Assembly (NCBI GenBank): GCA_964408825.1 | Contig: CAYPAU010000001.1 | Location: 76,789-140,788 of the forward strand | Direction of reading: 5' to 3' | Length of the DNA: 64,000 nucleotides | Source of the DNA: an uncultured Gammaproteobacteria bacterium | Lineage (GTDB): Bacteria; Patescibacteriota; Microgenomatia; Levybacterales; UBA12049 | Shown here: piece by piece, positions 18,682-27,730 of the stretch | How positions within the stretch are numbered: the first letter of the stretch is position 1 | Layout of the letters: each line of letters starts with the position of its first letter | Notes under the pieces: generated by a model | Databases searched by the model: none | What the model was told of the DNA's origin: nothing | The model's input: the letters and a program-made list of their open reading frames with translations, nothing else | Program-made: the position numbers and the translations under genes

Positions 18682-20043
18682 TTATTTTACTTCTTTTATT
18701 CTTTTTTCTAAATATTCTTTTGTGTTTCTTGATAAATCTTCGTCAACTTCTTCGAAAAGTTTTTGAAGAATTTCACCGACCTTTGGTCCGGGTTTAATAC
18801 CTAATATTTTCATTACGTCATTCCCGTCAATTGCGAGATCATTTATAGAAAACGGGGCAGGCTTAAGCTGGTCTTCGACCCTCTTTTTAAACAGTTTAAG
18901 TCTCCAACTTTCGGCAGTCTGCGTTCCTCCTCCGAGTCTGTCTCCAATTCTAAGATCCATCATGTCTTTTACATTCTCAACCCCGACTCTTCGTATAAAT
19001 CTTCTGACAGCAGCATCTGTAATCTTTTCATCCACGGTAAACATGTGCCATCTTATAAGATTGACAATTTTTTCCCTGTCTTTTTTTGAGAATTTTAATC
19101 TTTCACAGATTTCCTTTGCAATTTTTGAGCCTTTCATTTCATGATTGTGAAATATGACAAGCCCCTCTTCATCGAAGGACACAACATACGGTTTTCCAAC
19201 ATCATGAATAAGAGTTGCAAATCTTACAATTGGATCTTTTGACGGGCAATATTTCAAAGACAAAACATTATGAGTAAAGACATCAGTCGTATGGTGTCTG
19301 CCCGGTCTTGCCTGGGAAACTCCGACCCCTTTTATAAGTTCCGGAATAATTTGTTCTAAGAGCCCTGAATTTTTAAGAAGCATAATGCCTTCGTAGGGAT
19401 AAGAACTTTTAAGAATTCTTAAAAGTTCGTCGTGAATTCTTTCCTTGGAGATATCATTGATAAGACTTGCATCGCTTACAATTTCCCTCCATGTTTTCTC
19501 ATCTATCGTAAAAGATAATTCTGTCGCAATTCTTATTGCCCTCATCAGTCTTAGTGCATCCTCTTTGAATCTTTTTTTTGGATCTCCTACGGCCCGTACG
19601 ATTTTATTTTCTAAATCTTTCTTTCCCAAAAAAGGATCAATAATCTCAGTTTTGAGTCTTAAGTTTTGAGTTATGAGCTTAAGCGCTATGGCGTTTATGG
19701 TGAAATCCCTCCTCGAAAGATCTTCTTCGATTGTTTTTCCCCATTCTATTTTTTTTTTTTTTCTTCTGTCTATGTATCCGTGCTCGGTTCTAAAGGTTGT
19801 AACCTCAATGACTTGGTTTTTTCGGTACGGAATACCCACTGTGCCAAACGTGTTGTTGTAGAAAGCACTTGGAAAAAGTTTTAGTAAATCCTTCGGAGTT
19901 GCACTTGTTGTAAAATCCCAATCCTTAACAGGTTTTTTAAGAATTATATTCCTTACACACCCTCCTACAAGGAAGACACTAAAACCACCATTTTCGATTT
20001 TTTTATAAATTTTGATGATTTCATCTGGAATAGGAAGCTCCAT
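18682..20043 (-). CDS. cca: CCA-adding tRNA nucleotidyltransferase (polymerase head plus HD domain)
   Basis: GGCVRNIILKKPVKDWDFTT nucleotidyltransferase motif and an HD domain (HDVGKP). Confidence 0.8.
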   Translation of the reverse strand: MELPIPDEIIKIYKKIENGGFSVFLVGGCVRNIILKKPVKDWDFTTSATPKDLLKLFPSAFYNNTFGTVGIPYRKNQVIEVTTFRTEHGYIDRRKKKKIEWGKTIEEDLSRRDFTINAIALKLITQNLRLKTEIIDPFLGKKDLENKIVRAVGDPKKRFKEDALRLMRAIRIATELSFTIDEKTWREIVSDASLINDISKERIHDELLRILKSSYPYEGIMLLKNSGLLEQIIPELIKGVGVSQARPGRHHTTDVFTHNVLSLKYCPSKDPIVRFATLIHDVGKPYVVSFDEEGLVIFHNHEMKGSKIAKEICERLKFSKKDREKIVNLIRWHMFTVDEKITDAAVRRFIRRVGVENVKDMMDLRIGDRLGGGTQTAESWRLKLFKKRVEDQLKPAPFSINDLAIDGNDVMKILGIKPGPKVGEILQKLFEEVDEDLSRNTKEYLEKRIKEVK

Positions 20044-20073
20044 ATTTGCTATAGTATACCAAGATTTTGTTGT

Positions 20074-21786
20074 ATGAAGAAATGGAAGATATTAAATAAA
20101 AGATTAAATATAAAAAATAAAAGATCCAAGATCGAGGATATAATTAAAATTTTATTGAAAAATAGAGGATTAAAAACTAAGAAAACGATTAATGCATTCT
20201 TAAACCCCAAACTTTCAAATTTAACAGTTGAAAATGCAGGAATCAACAGAACAGAATTAGAAAAATCAATTAAAAGAATCAGGAAAGCGATTATAGATAA
20301 GGAGCAGATTATTATTTTTGGAGATTATGACGTAGATGGGATTTGCGGCAGTGCAATTTTGTGGGAGACTCTTAACGGTCTTTCGGCAAATGTTTTTCCT
20401 TACATTCCTCACCGAGTGGAAGAGGGTTATGGGATTTCAAAAATTGGAATTACAAATGTTCTTTTAAAATATAATAAAACAAGTTTGATAATTACGGTTG
20501 ACAATGGAATTGTTGCAAATGAAGCGATAGAGTTTGCAAAAAAGAAAAACATCGATGTTATTATTACAGACCATCATGTCCCGTCTTCAAATCTTCCAAA
20601 AGCATATTCTATAGTTCATACCACCAAGCTTTGCGGAGCAGGAGTAGCGTATCTGCTGGCGCAGGAGTTAAAAGTTAAAAGTGAAAAGTTACAAGTTAAG
20701 GATAGCCATCTAGAGCTTGTTGCTCTTGCGACGGTTGCAGATCTGGTTCCCGTAAGAGATTTAAATAGAATCATTCTTAAGTTTGGACTTTTAGAGCTAA
20801 AAAAAACCCAAAGGCCAGGATTAAAGGCTATGATTAAGGAGGCTGGCCTTGAACCTAACAATATAGATGTTTTTGAAATTGGACATATTCTTGCTCCAAG
20901 GCTAAATGCCATGGGCAGAATTGAGTTTGCCATAGACAGTCTTAGACTTTTGTGTACCAAAGACGAAAAAAGTTGCGAGAAACTCGCCAGAAAATTGGGA
21001 GAGACAAACAAAAGAAGGCAAGATATCACAATTTCCTCTTTTGAGCATGCAAAACAAAAAGTCAAAAGTCAAAATGCAAAACTCAAAAGTTTGATTATTG
21101 TTGCTGATAAAACTTACAACGTTGGGATTATAGGGCTTATAGCTGGGAGACTTACGGAGGAATTTTATAGACCGGCTATTGTTTTATCAATTGGTGAAAA
21201 ATACAGCAAGGCTTCTGCAAGATCGATTGCGGGATTTAATATTATAGAGTTTATAAGAAAAGCCGAAGAGTTTTTAGTTGATGCGGGTGGTCATCCTATG
21301 GCAGCCGGATTTACAATAAAAAATTCGAAGATTAAAAAAATTTTGAAAAAATTCGAAGAGCTATCAGAAAATATTATCACCAAGGAAATGCTTAAAAGGG
21401 TTATTAAAATAGATACAGAAATTCTTCTTGAAGATGTGGGGAGCGAACTTTACGAAAAGCTGACAAAGCTTTCTCCGTTTGGAGTCGGTAATCCCCAACC
21501 TATTTTTCTCACGAGAAATCTTTTGATATCGGATGCTAGGATTGTGGGTATAGATGGCCGTCACATGATGCTTCGATTGATAAGTCCCGATGGTAAACCA
21601 ATAGATGCAATAGGATTTAATTTTTCAGGCAGAGCTGATGAGATAAAAATAGGCGATAGGATTGATGCGGTTTACGCAATTGATAGGGAAGTATGGCCTG
21701 CTCGCAATACTACGCAAAGCGTTGCAGGCGGGAACGGGAATATTCGTTTCAAATTGAAGATGAAAGATTTTAGAAAGATCAATTAA
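20074..21786 (+). CDS. recJ: Single-stranded-DNA-specific exonuclease RecJ
   Basis: DHH motifs (IIFGDYDVDGICGSAIL, TDHHVP) and a DHHA1 domain. Confidence 0.85.
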   Translation: MKKWKILNKRLNIKNKRSKIEDIIKILLKNRGLKTKKTINAFLNPKLSNLTVENAGINRTELEKSIKRIRKAIIDKEQIIIFGDYDVDGICGSAILWETLNGLSANVFPYIPHRVEEGYGISKIGITNVLLKYNKTSLIITVDNGIVANEAIEFAKKKNIDVIITDHHVPSSNLPKAYSIVHTTKLCGAGVAYLLAQELKVKSEKLQVKDSHLELVALATVADLVPVRDLNRIILKFGLLELKKTQRPGLKAMIKEAGLEPNNIDVFEIGHILAPRLNAMGRIEFAIDSLRLLCTKDEKSCEKLARKLGETNKRRQDITISSFEHAKQKVKSQNAKLKSLIIVADKTYNVGIIGLIAGRLTEEFYRPAIVLSIGEKYSKASARSIAGFNIIEFIRKAEEFLVDAGGHPMAAGFTIKNSKIKKILKKFEELSENIITKEMLKRVIKIDTEILLEDVGSELYEKLTKLSPFGVGNPQPIFLTRNLLISDARIVGIDGRHMMLRLISPDGKPIDAIGFNFSGRADEIKIGDRIDAVYAIDREVWPARNTTQSVAGGNGNIRFKLKMKDFRKIN

Positions 21787-22070
21787 ATCCTTTTTCCGTG
21801 ATAAAGCCTATGAACTGCATTTGAAATTCTTCCTTCAACGTCGCCCCATCTAGGAAGTCCAGTTCCACCCACCTGCATACTTTCTTGAATAACGTTCTCA
21901 ATGTGCTCATGCGTTATTCCATGACCTATTAAACAGCCTGCTCTTCTTGCTATTCTTCTTTGGACAGCAGGAGGCGCTTCATACTCTCTTAAAGTTCGCT
22001 CTAACTGTCCTACAGGCCTAACACCTCCGAATTGTCTTCCATTTTCGTGTTTGCTTCCCATGCTTGTCAC
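21783..22070 (-). CDS. Hypothetical protein (95 aa) with elevated GC
   Basis: Strong RBS GGAGGTG upstream; its 3' end overlaps the recJ stop by 4 nt, convergently. No assignable family. Confidence 0.35.
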   Translation of the reverse strand: MTSMGSKHENGRQFGGVRPVGQLERTLREYEAPPAVQRRIARRAGCLIGHGITHEHIENVIQESMQVGGTGLPRWGDVEGRISNAVHRLYHGKRI

Positions 22071-22075
22071 CTCCT

Positions 22076-22112
22076 AAAAACAAAAACTCCCTTTTATAAA
22101 TAATTTAGGGAG
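22076..22112 (-). terminator. Minus-strand terminator-like hairpin CTCCCT-14-AGGGAG plus a TTTTTGTTTTT run, abutting the SD of ORF 21783..22070
   Basis: Reverse complement reads ctccctaaattatttataaaagggagtttttgtttttaggaggtgacaagcATG. Confidence 0.4.
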
Positions 22113-22249
22113 ATTGTTTTCCATAAAATCCCCCCCTTTTTACTTAATGAAAAAGAGAGGATTATTGATATTTACGGAAAATTTCATACTACAGTATAAA
22201 TGTATATCAGAATAAATCAGCTTGTCAAGAGGGTAAGCTTTCGGCTAAA

Positions 22250-23611
22250 ATGAGAAAAGTGGAAAGCAAAAGAAATTTAGCCTTAGAAACTACCTCTCTT
22301 AAGGACCAAAGGGTTCTTCTTAAAGGTTGGGTTAAGACGCGAAGAGATCATGGGAAATTAATATTTATTGATCTTAGGGACCGTTCAGGAATTGTACAGC
22401 TTGTTATAAATCCCAAAGTTTCACAAGAGGTTTACAGAAAAGCAACAGGTCTCAAACCGGAATCTGTCATTCAAACAACAGGTATTGTAAAGGAGAGACC
22501 TCAAGATACGGTTAATAAAGATTTAGAGACTGGAGAGATTGAGATAAGCGTTGAAGATTTAGAAATTTTGGCAGACGCTCAAACTTTGCCGGTTGATATG
22601 GGAGCAGACACTTTAAATCTTGAGCTTCCCACGCTTTTGGACCACAGATCTCTTTCGCTTCGTCATCCCAAAACTTTTGCAATATTTAAGGTTCAGGAAA
22701 CAATAGCAAAAACTTTTAGAAAGGTGCTTTCGGAAGAGAACTTTACAGAGATTTTTGTACCTACAATTGTTCCTTCTGCAACCGAAGGAGGAGCCGAAGT
22801 TTTCCCCATAGAATATTACAATCGCAAGGCATATCTGGCGCAGTCTCCTCAGATGTATAAGCAAATCATGACTTCTATATTCGAAAGAGTTTTTACTATT
22901 GCGCACGCTTATAGGGCAGAACCTTCTGTGACAACGAGACACTTATCCGAATATGTAAGCCTTGATGCCGAAATGGGATTTATAGATTCCTGGGAAGATT
23001 TGATGGATATGGCAGAAAAGGTTATAGTCTCAATTATAGAAGAAGTTGGAAGCAAAAATAAAAAAGAACTTAAATTATTAAACGCAAAAATACCTAAGAC
23101 CAGAAAGAAAATTCCAAGGTTGAGACTGCGAGAAGCACAGGGAATTATTTTTAAACGCACAAAACGGGATCACCGAAATGAGCCTGATCTTGACCCTTCG
23201 GATGAAAAAGAAATTTGCAATTGGGCAGAGGAAGAAACAGGAGCTCCTTTTGTATTCATAACTCATTACCCGGTTAAAAAGAGACCCTTTTATACAATGC
23301 CCGATAGGGGCGATCCTGAATTTACCTTAAGCTTTGATCTTCTTGGAATAAATGAGGAATGGGTAACGGGAGGACAAAGAATAAACGATTATGAAATGCT
23401 TTTGTCAAATATAAAAAAATGGGGAAATTCTCCTTCGAATTTTGAAATATATCTTCAGGCCTTTCTCTACGGCATGCCACCTGAGGGAGGATTTGCAATG
23501 GGTCTTGAAAGGATTACCAAAGATATATTAGGACTTTCAAACGTAAGGGAAGCAAGTCTTTTTCCAAGAGACATGGAGAGAGTGGATGAGCGATTTTCAA
23601 AGACTGGTTAA
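22250..23611 (+). CDS. aspS: Aspartate--tRNA ligase, archaeal/eukaryotic type (class IIb; could be Asp or Asn)
   Basis: N-terminal OB fold (GWVKTRRDHGKLIFIDLRD) and class II motifs (FRAEPS-like AYRAEPS, GGQRI). Carries a Lys/Arg-rich insertion. Confidence 0.65.
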   Translation: MRKVESKRNLALETTSLKDQRVLLKGWVKTRRDHGKLIFIDLRDRSGIVQLVINPKVSQEVYRKATGLKPESVIQTTGIVKERPQDTVNKDLETGEIEISVEDLEILADAQTLPVDMGADTLNLELPTLLDHRSLSLRHPKTFAIFKVQETIAKTFRKVLSEENFTEIFVPTIVPSATEGGAEVFPIEYYNRKAYLAQSPQMYKQIMTSIFERVFTIAHAYRAEPSVTTRHLSEYVSLDAEMGFIDSWEDLMDMAEKVIVSIIEEVGSKNKKELKLLNAKIPKTRKKIPRLRLREAQGIIFKRTKRDHRNEPDLDPSDEKEICNWAEEETGAPFVFITHYPVKKRPFYTMPDRGDPEFTLSFDLLGINEEWVTGGQRINDYEMLLSNIKKWGNSPSNFEIYLQAFLYGMPPEGGFAMGLERITKDILGLSNVREASLFPRDMERVDERFSKTG

Positions 23612-24536
23612 ATTTCTTAAAAACAATTTCCCCAAGGGAGAACTACTAGTTATTCCGGGAATTTTAGTAAGTATACTTTTTCTGCTTGTAATATTAGATG
23701 TTTTTGTAAAAGGCAGGAATTTTCTTATTTCTTCAACAGAATCTCCCGTACCGTCATATGAGACAAAGAAAATCCCCTTTCTTAAGAATAGGTATCAGCC
23801 AGCAATTTCCGCCAAGGCGGCCTTGATTATGGATAAAGATACCGGTACTATTCTTTATCAAAGAAATGGAAACCTTAGATTCTCTCCTGCCTCAACTACA
23901 AAGATAATGACTGCATTGATTGGACTAGATTATTATAAACCCGAGGATGTGCTTGAAGTAAAAGAGGAGATTTCGGAAGGATCTGTTCTGGGGTTTGCTT
24001 CCGGACAAAAATTTACTTTTGAAAACCTCTTATACGCGATGATGCTCCCATCGGCAAATGATGCGGCTTTTACAATAGCTCAAAATTACAAAGGCGGTTA
24101 TGACGGCTTTATAAAAAAAATGAATGAAAAAGCTCAAAATCTAAATCTTCCCAATACACATTTTGAGGATCCGGCAGGACTCATGGATGAGAAGAATTAC
24201 ACTACTGCGATGGAACTTGCAAGACTTGCATCTTTTTCCATTAATAATAAAAAATTCGCAAGGGTCGTCTCAACACCAAAGATGCAAATAACAGATACCC
24301 TGGGAAATTCTTATGCTATCTTTAACAGAAATAAGCTTTTAGGAGTGGAGGGTGTCAACGGAATAAAAACTGGGTTTACCGAGGAGGCGGGCGATGTCTT
24401 GGTAACATCAAAAGAGAGCAGCGGCCACACAATAATAATTATTGTTCTTAAGAGTCAGGACAGATTTGCGGACACTTATGAATTATTGAATTTGGTAGAC
24501 TTCGATAACCTTACTTTTCTATCCATTCATCCTTGA
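23586..24536 (+). CDS. D-alanyl-D-alanine carboxypeptidase (S11 penicillin-binding protein)
   Basis: SxxK motif in PASTTKIMTAL, an SxN motif (PSANDAA), and an N-terminal transmembrane helix. Confidence 0.75.
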   Translation: MSDFQRLVKFLKNNFPKGELLVIPGILVSILFLLVILDVFVKGRNFLISSTESPVPSYETKKIPFLKNRYQPAISAKAALIMDKDTGTILYQRNGNLRFSPASTTKIMTALIGLDYYKPEDVLEVKEEISEGSVLGFASGQKFTFENLLYAMMLPSANDAAFTIAQNYKGGYDGFIKKMNEKAQNLNLPNTHFEDPAGLMDEKNYTTAMELARLASFSINNKKFARVVSTPKMQITDTLGNSYAIFNRNKLLGVEGVNGIKTGFTEEAGDVLVTSKESSGHTIIIIVLKSQDRFADTYELLNLVDFDNLTFLSIHP

Positions 24537-25560
24537 CTGCCGAAAGGTAGGCTACAAAACCATTACTGCCTTTAAAAACAATAATAGGCATAAGACAATC
24601 CTGCCTTTTGTCGCTTAAATAATAGGCAAGAAAGATTTCCTGTATTAATATGTTCTCGGTAATTCCACTTTCTGCTATATAGGCTTTTCCTTCCTTAAGT
24701 TCTGAAAAAACTTCCTCTGGAGTTTTTATTGGATAAGTTGCAGATTCTTTTGAAATAGTCTGATGGAAGAAATTTGCCGCAACTACTTCCGGAAGATTTT
24801 GTCCGCCCCCTATAAAAATTTTCATCGTAGACTGTGAGGGATTTGAATAATAGATTGGTAATTTTTCTACATCTTTTTGAAAAAAATTAACTTCTATAAT
24901 ATGTGCATTGGCGACATTCGCAATGGGAATAAGTTGCGAGTTTTGAATCGAGAAAAGGAATGGTTGTCTGCTGTCTTCTAAATTTAAATCATCCGGCAGA
25001 AGAGAGACTTTGGATAAAAAGGATTCAGCATAATCTTTAGCACCATCAGGGCCGGGTAAATTATTTCTGCTCAAAACATTTTGGTTGGTAAAATAGGATG
25101 AGGTTATCTCAAAATCTGATGTAAAAATGTCTATGCTTATCTTCCTTACAATCTCCGAGTCAGGATCAGACCACTGATAAATATTATCCCTTACTCTTAT
25201 AGGGCCAGAAGTAAATCCTTCTTTTTCCACTTTTTCTTCTGTTTTCTGAAGAGCCAGAAGATCCGGTTGTTCCGAAGCTATTTTGTATACACCAGTTCTA
25301 TCAGGAAACTTAGGAAGCTCCCCTGTTGCAGTATCAATCGTGTAGGAATATTTTTTTTCGGAAGTTTCTTTGGGGAATTCAATGGGAGGAAGTTTTCCGA
25401 AGGAAACTGTGGGGGGAGGCGGAGGGGTTGGGGCAATGATATTTTTAATTAAGACACCTATTTTAAACAGTATAAAAATAAGAAAAATCGCTCCTAAAAT
25501 TATCGCAGACCACTTGGCAACATTCTTCGTCATTGACGTTGCCTGATTTAGTGTAAGCAT
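24511..25560 (-). CDS. Hypothetical membrane-anchored protein with a Pro-rich linker
   Basis: N-terminal transmembrane helix followed by PTPPPPPTVSFGKLPP. Confidence 0.4.
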   Translation of the reverse strand: MLTLNQATSMTKNVAKWSAIILGAIFLIFILFKIGVLIKNIIAPTPPPPPTVSFGKLPPIEFPKETSEKKYSYTIDTATGELPKFPDRTGVYKIASEQPDLLALQKTEEKVEKEGFTSGPIRVRDNIYQWSDPDSEIVRKISIDIFTSDFEITSSYFTNQNVLSRNNLPGPDGAKDYAESFLSKVSLLPDDLNLEDSRQPFLFSIQNSQLIPIANVANAHIIEVNFFQKDVEKLPIYYSNPSQSTMKIFIGGGQNLPEVVAANFFHQTISKESATYPIKTPEEVFSELKEGKAYIAESGITENILIQEIFLAYYLSDKRQDCLMPIIVFKGSNGFVAYLSAVKDEWIEK

Positions 25561-25565
25561 GTCTT

Positions 25566-25590
25566 GATACGTTCATTAAATGAACGTATC
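25566..25590. promoter_or_regulatory. Perfect 25-nt palindrome (12-nt arms, 1-nt spacer): GATACGTTCATTaAATGAACGTATC
   Basis: Read directly from the sequence. It lies in the divergent intergenic region between 24511..25560(-) and gltX. Confidence 0.45.
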
Positions 25591-25757
25591 TTGAGTATAG
25601 AAAATATATGGGGTACAATGCAACAAAGGAGGAGAATTAATTCGGCGCGGGTCCTGCCGCTCGTCACCTCGCCAGTGCTCATTCGGAATATCCGTCTTTG
25701 GCGGATAACTCTTGCGCGCTGGCAAGGCCTCTGACTCGCGTCACCCGCTAAGAATAT

Positions 25758-26987
25758 ATGGTAAAAGTTAGATTTGCGCCAAGTCCTACCGGGATTCCGC
25801 ATATAGGCAATATAAGAACCGCTCTTTTTAATTTTCTTTTTGCAAGACATAACAAAGGAAAATTCACATTAAGGATTGAGGATACAGATAGAGCGCGGTA
25901 CGTTAAGGAGGCAGAGGAAGCAATTATTGAGTCTCTCAATTGGCTTTCCTTAAGATGGGATTCGGAAATAGTTCGCCAGTCTGAAAGATTACCGGCGTAC
26001 AAGGAGCATGCCGAAATTTTAAAGAAAAAAGGTCTGGTGTATGAAGACGGGGGCGCCTTAAGATTTAAAATGCCAAAGGAAGATGAAACTTTGTGGAAGG
26101 ATGCTGTAGGAGGTAAGGAAATTTCATTTAAGAACGAAACCCAGGAAGATTTTGTAATATTAAAATCAGACGGTTTCCCGACTTATAACTTTGCAAATGT
26201 AGTTGATGATTATCTTATGGCGATAACCCATGTTATAAGAGGTGAGGAATTTATTTCCTCGACTCCAAAACATGTTCAATTGTACAAAGCTTTCTCATGG
26301 AATCAGCCTGTCTTTGTTCATTTACCCGTAATATTAGGGCCTGACAAGGGCAAGCTTTCAAAAAGGCACGGAGCAAAACCAGTTCTAGATTATAGAAGAG
26401 AGGGTTTCTTAAAAGAAGCAATCATAAACTTTATGGCCCTACTAGGATGGAATCCCGGAGGAGATCGAGAGCAAATGAGCATGGGTGAAATGATTAAGTT
26501 CTTTAAGCTCGAGGACATAAACACCGCAAATCCAGTATTTGATATCAAAAAACTTGAATGGCTTAATGGGGTTTGGATAAGAAGCATCGACGATTTCGAT
26601 AAAAGATTGATCGAGTTTTACAAAAAGGATAAAAAAGCTCTTAAGTTATTAAATTCTGAAAAGGCCCCCTTACTGATAAGTTCAACAAGATCTCGTATGA
26701 GAACTCTTTTGGAATTTAAAAATTTAGTCGATATAAAAAAACAGAGAAAATATACAAAGGAAGAAAATCAACACGCCTTAATGCTTCTTAAGTTCTTGAA
26801 TTTAAAACTGGGGGAGAATTGGGGAGATGAAAAACTATTGTTTGCTCTTAAAGATTTCTCGGAAAAACAAAGACTGCCCTTTAAAAAAATATATTTTATT
26901 TTGACAGGACGAGAGCAAGGAATAGGAATTCTGGAACTTAATAAAATTTACGGCAAAGAGTTTTTTATAAAAAATCTTTCCGGATAA
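25758..26987 (+). CDS. gltX: Glutamate--tRNA ligase
   Basis: HIGH-class motif PSPTGIPHIGN and KMSKS-class motif KLSKRHG; 409 aa, shorter than canonical. Confidence 0.85.
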   Translation: MVKVRFAPSPTGIPHIGNIRTALFNFLFARHNKGKFTLRIEDTDRARYVKEAEEAIIESLNWLSLRWDSEIVRQSERLPAYKEHAEILKKKGLVYEDGGALRFKMPKEDETLWKDAVGGKEISFKNETQEDFVILKSDGFPTYNFANVVDDYLMAITHVIRGEEFISSTPKHVQLYKAFSWNQPVFVHLPVILGPDKGKLSKRHGAKPVLDYRREGFLKEAIINFMALLGWNPGGDREQMSMGEMIKFFKLEDINTANPVFDIKKLEWLNGVWIRSIDDFDKRLIEFYKKDKKALKLLNSEKAPLLISSTRSRMRTLLEFKNLVDIKKQRKYTKEENQHALMLLKFLNLKLGENWGDEKLLFALKDFSEKQRLPFKKIYFILTGREQGIGILELNKIYGKEFFIKNLSG

Positions 26988-26999
26988 AATTATTAAGAG

Positions 27000-27593
27000 A
27001 TGAATGGGTTTGAAATTTTTGCAAAACCCTTTTGGGTAAATTTCCTTATACTTATTCCAATTTCACTGTTTTTATATTGGAGAAAACATAAGCTTAACAT
27101 TTCCGGAAAAACTCTTCTGTATGTCCTTATATTTGGAATTGCTTTTGGTGTAATTGAGGCAAGTGTGGTCATATACCTTCGGGCCGCAACAGGACTCCTT
27201 CCGGGATATGAGGGGACCGTGTTTGATATCTGGAGAGAAAGTTTCGAGATTTATTATAATCAGGAACTTTTAGAAAAGCAGCTTCCTCCAAGTCTCCTGA
27301 CTTATGAACTGATTCGTGAAGTCGCTACAATGTTTATGCTCTGGGCAGTTGCTTTTATTGCCGCTCAAAAGTGGAAAGAGAGAGTCGCATTATTCTTTTG
27401 GGCTTTTGCAGTTTGGGATGTTGTTTATTACATACATCTTTGGCTTACTGTTCGTTGGCCACAAAATTTAACTACTCCCGACGTTTTATTCCTAATTCCA
27501 GAGCCGTGGTTTAGTCAAGTCTGGTTTCCACTTCTTGTCAGTGGTCTGACAATGTTTGGCATTTTTGTAAATAGAATGGAGAGACCAAAATAG
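27000..27593 (+). CDS. Hypothetical polytopic membrane protein
   Basis: 197 aa with about 5 predicted transmembrane segments. Confidence 0.4.
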   Translation: MNGFEIFAKPFWVNFLILIPISLFLYWRKHKLNISGKTLLYVLIFGIAFGVIEASVVIYLRAATGLLPGYEGTVFDIWRESFEIYYNQELLEKQLPPSLLTYELIREVATMFMLWAVAFIAAQKWKERVALFFWAFAVWDVVYYIHLWLTVRWPQNLTTPDVLFLIPEPWFSQVWFPLLVSGLTMFGIFVNRMERPK

Positions 27594-27619
27594 AACGCTC
27601 TCACCTCAAGTATTCTCGT

Positions 27620-27648
27620 TTGTCCGAGCTTTATAAATTTGGTAAAAT
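27620..27648 (+). promoter_or_regulatory. Sigma70-like promoter for tRNA-Gln (TTGTCC-17-TAAAAT)
   Basis: Its -10 end lies about 10 nt upstream of the mature tRNA 5' end. The tRNA-Glu promoter shares the same GGTAAAATAA -10 context. Confidence 0.4.
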
Positions 27649-27658
27649 AAGCCTACAT

Positions 27659-27729
27659 TGCTGGGTCATCTAACGGTAGGATAGCGGACTCTGAATCCGT
27701 TCATCTTGGTTCAAATCCAAGCCCAGCAG
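27659..27729 (+). tRNA. tRNA-Gln (anticodon CUG)
   Basis: Hand-folded: acceptor TGCTGGG/CCCAGCA with U1-A72 and G73, D-loop with GG, anticodon loop CUCUGAA, T-arm CTTGG-TTCAAAT-CCAAG. No encoded CCA. Confidence 0.8.
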
Positions 27730-27730
27730 C

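Noticed and set aside
22071-22249. T-box or other riboswitch upstream of aspS
   Set aside because: The spacer is AT-rich and short, with a single simple hairpin that belongs to the opposite-strand terminator-like structure; no conserved riboswitch features were found.
25640-25750. SRP (4.5S) RNA in the GC-rich island
   Set aside because: Only a loose resemblance (GGCAAGGC...UGACUCGCG) to the 3' part of E. coli 4.5S RNA. The conserved domain IV loop motifs and 5'/3' terminal pairing were not found, so it is left as an unexplained structured region.
25600-25757. T-box leader upstream of gltX
   Set aside because: No recognisable T-box consensus (AGGGUGGNACCGCG) or specifier-loop arrangement on the gltX strand. 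The only weak match is on the opposite strand, where it would not regulate an aaRS gene.
27659-27729. Group I intron or intervening sequence within the tRNA
   Set aside because: The tRNA folds contiguously with a normal 7-nt anticodon loop. The extra DNA lies after the 3' end, not inside the tRNA.
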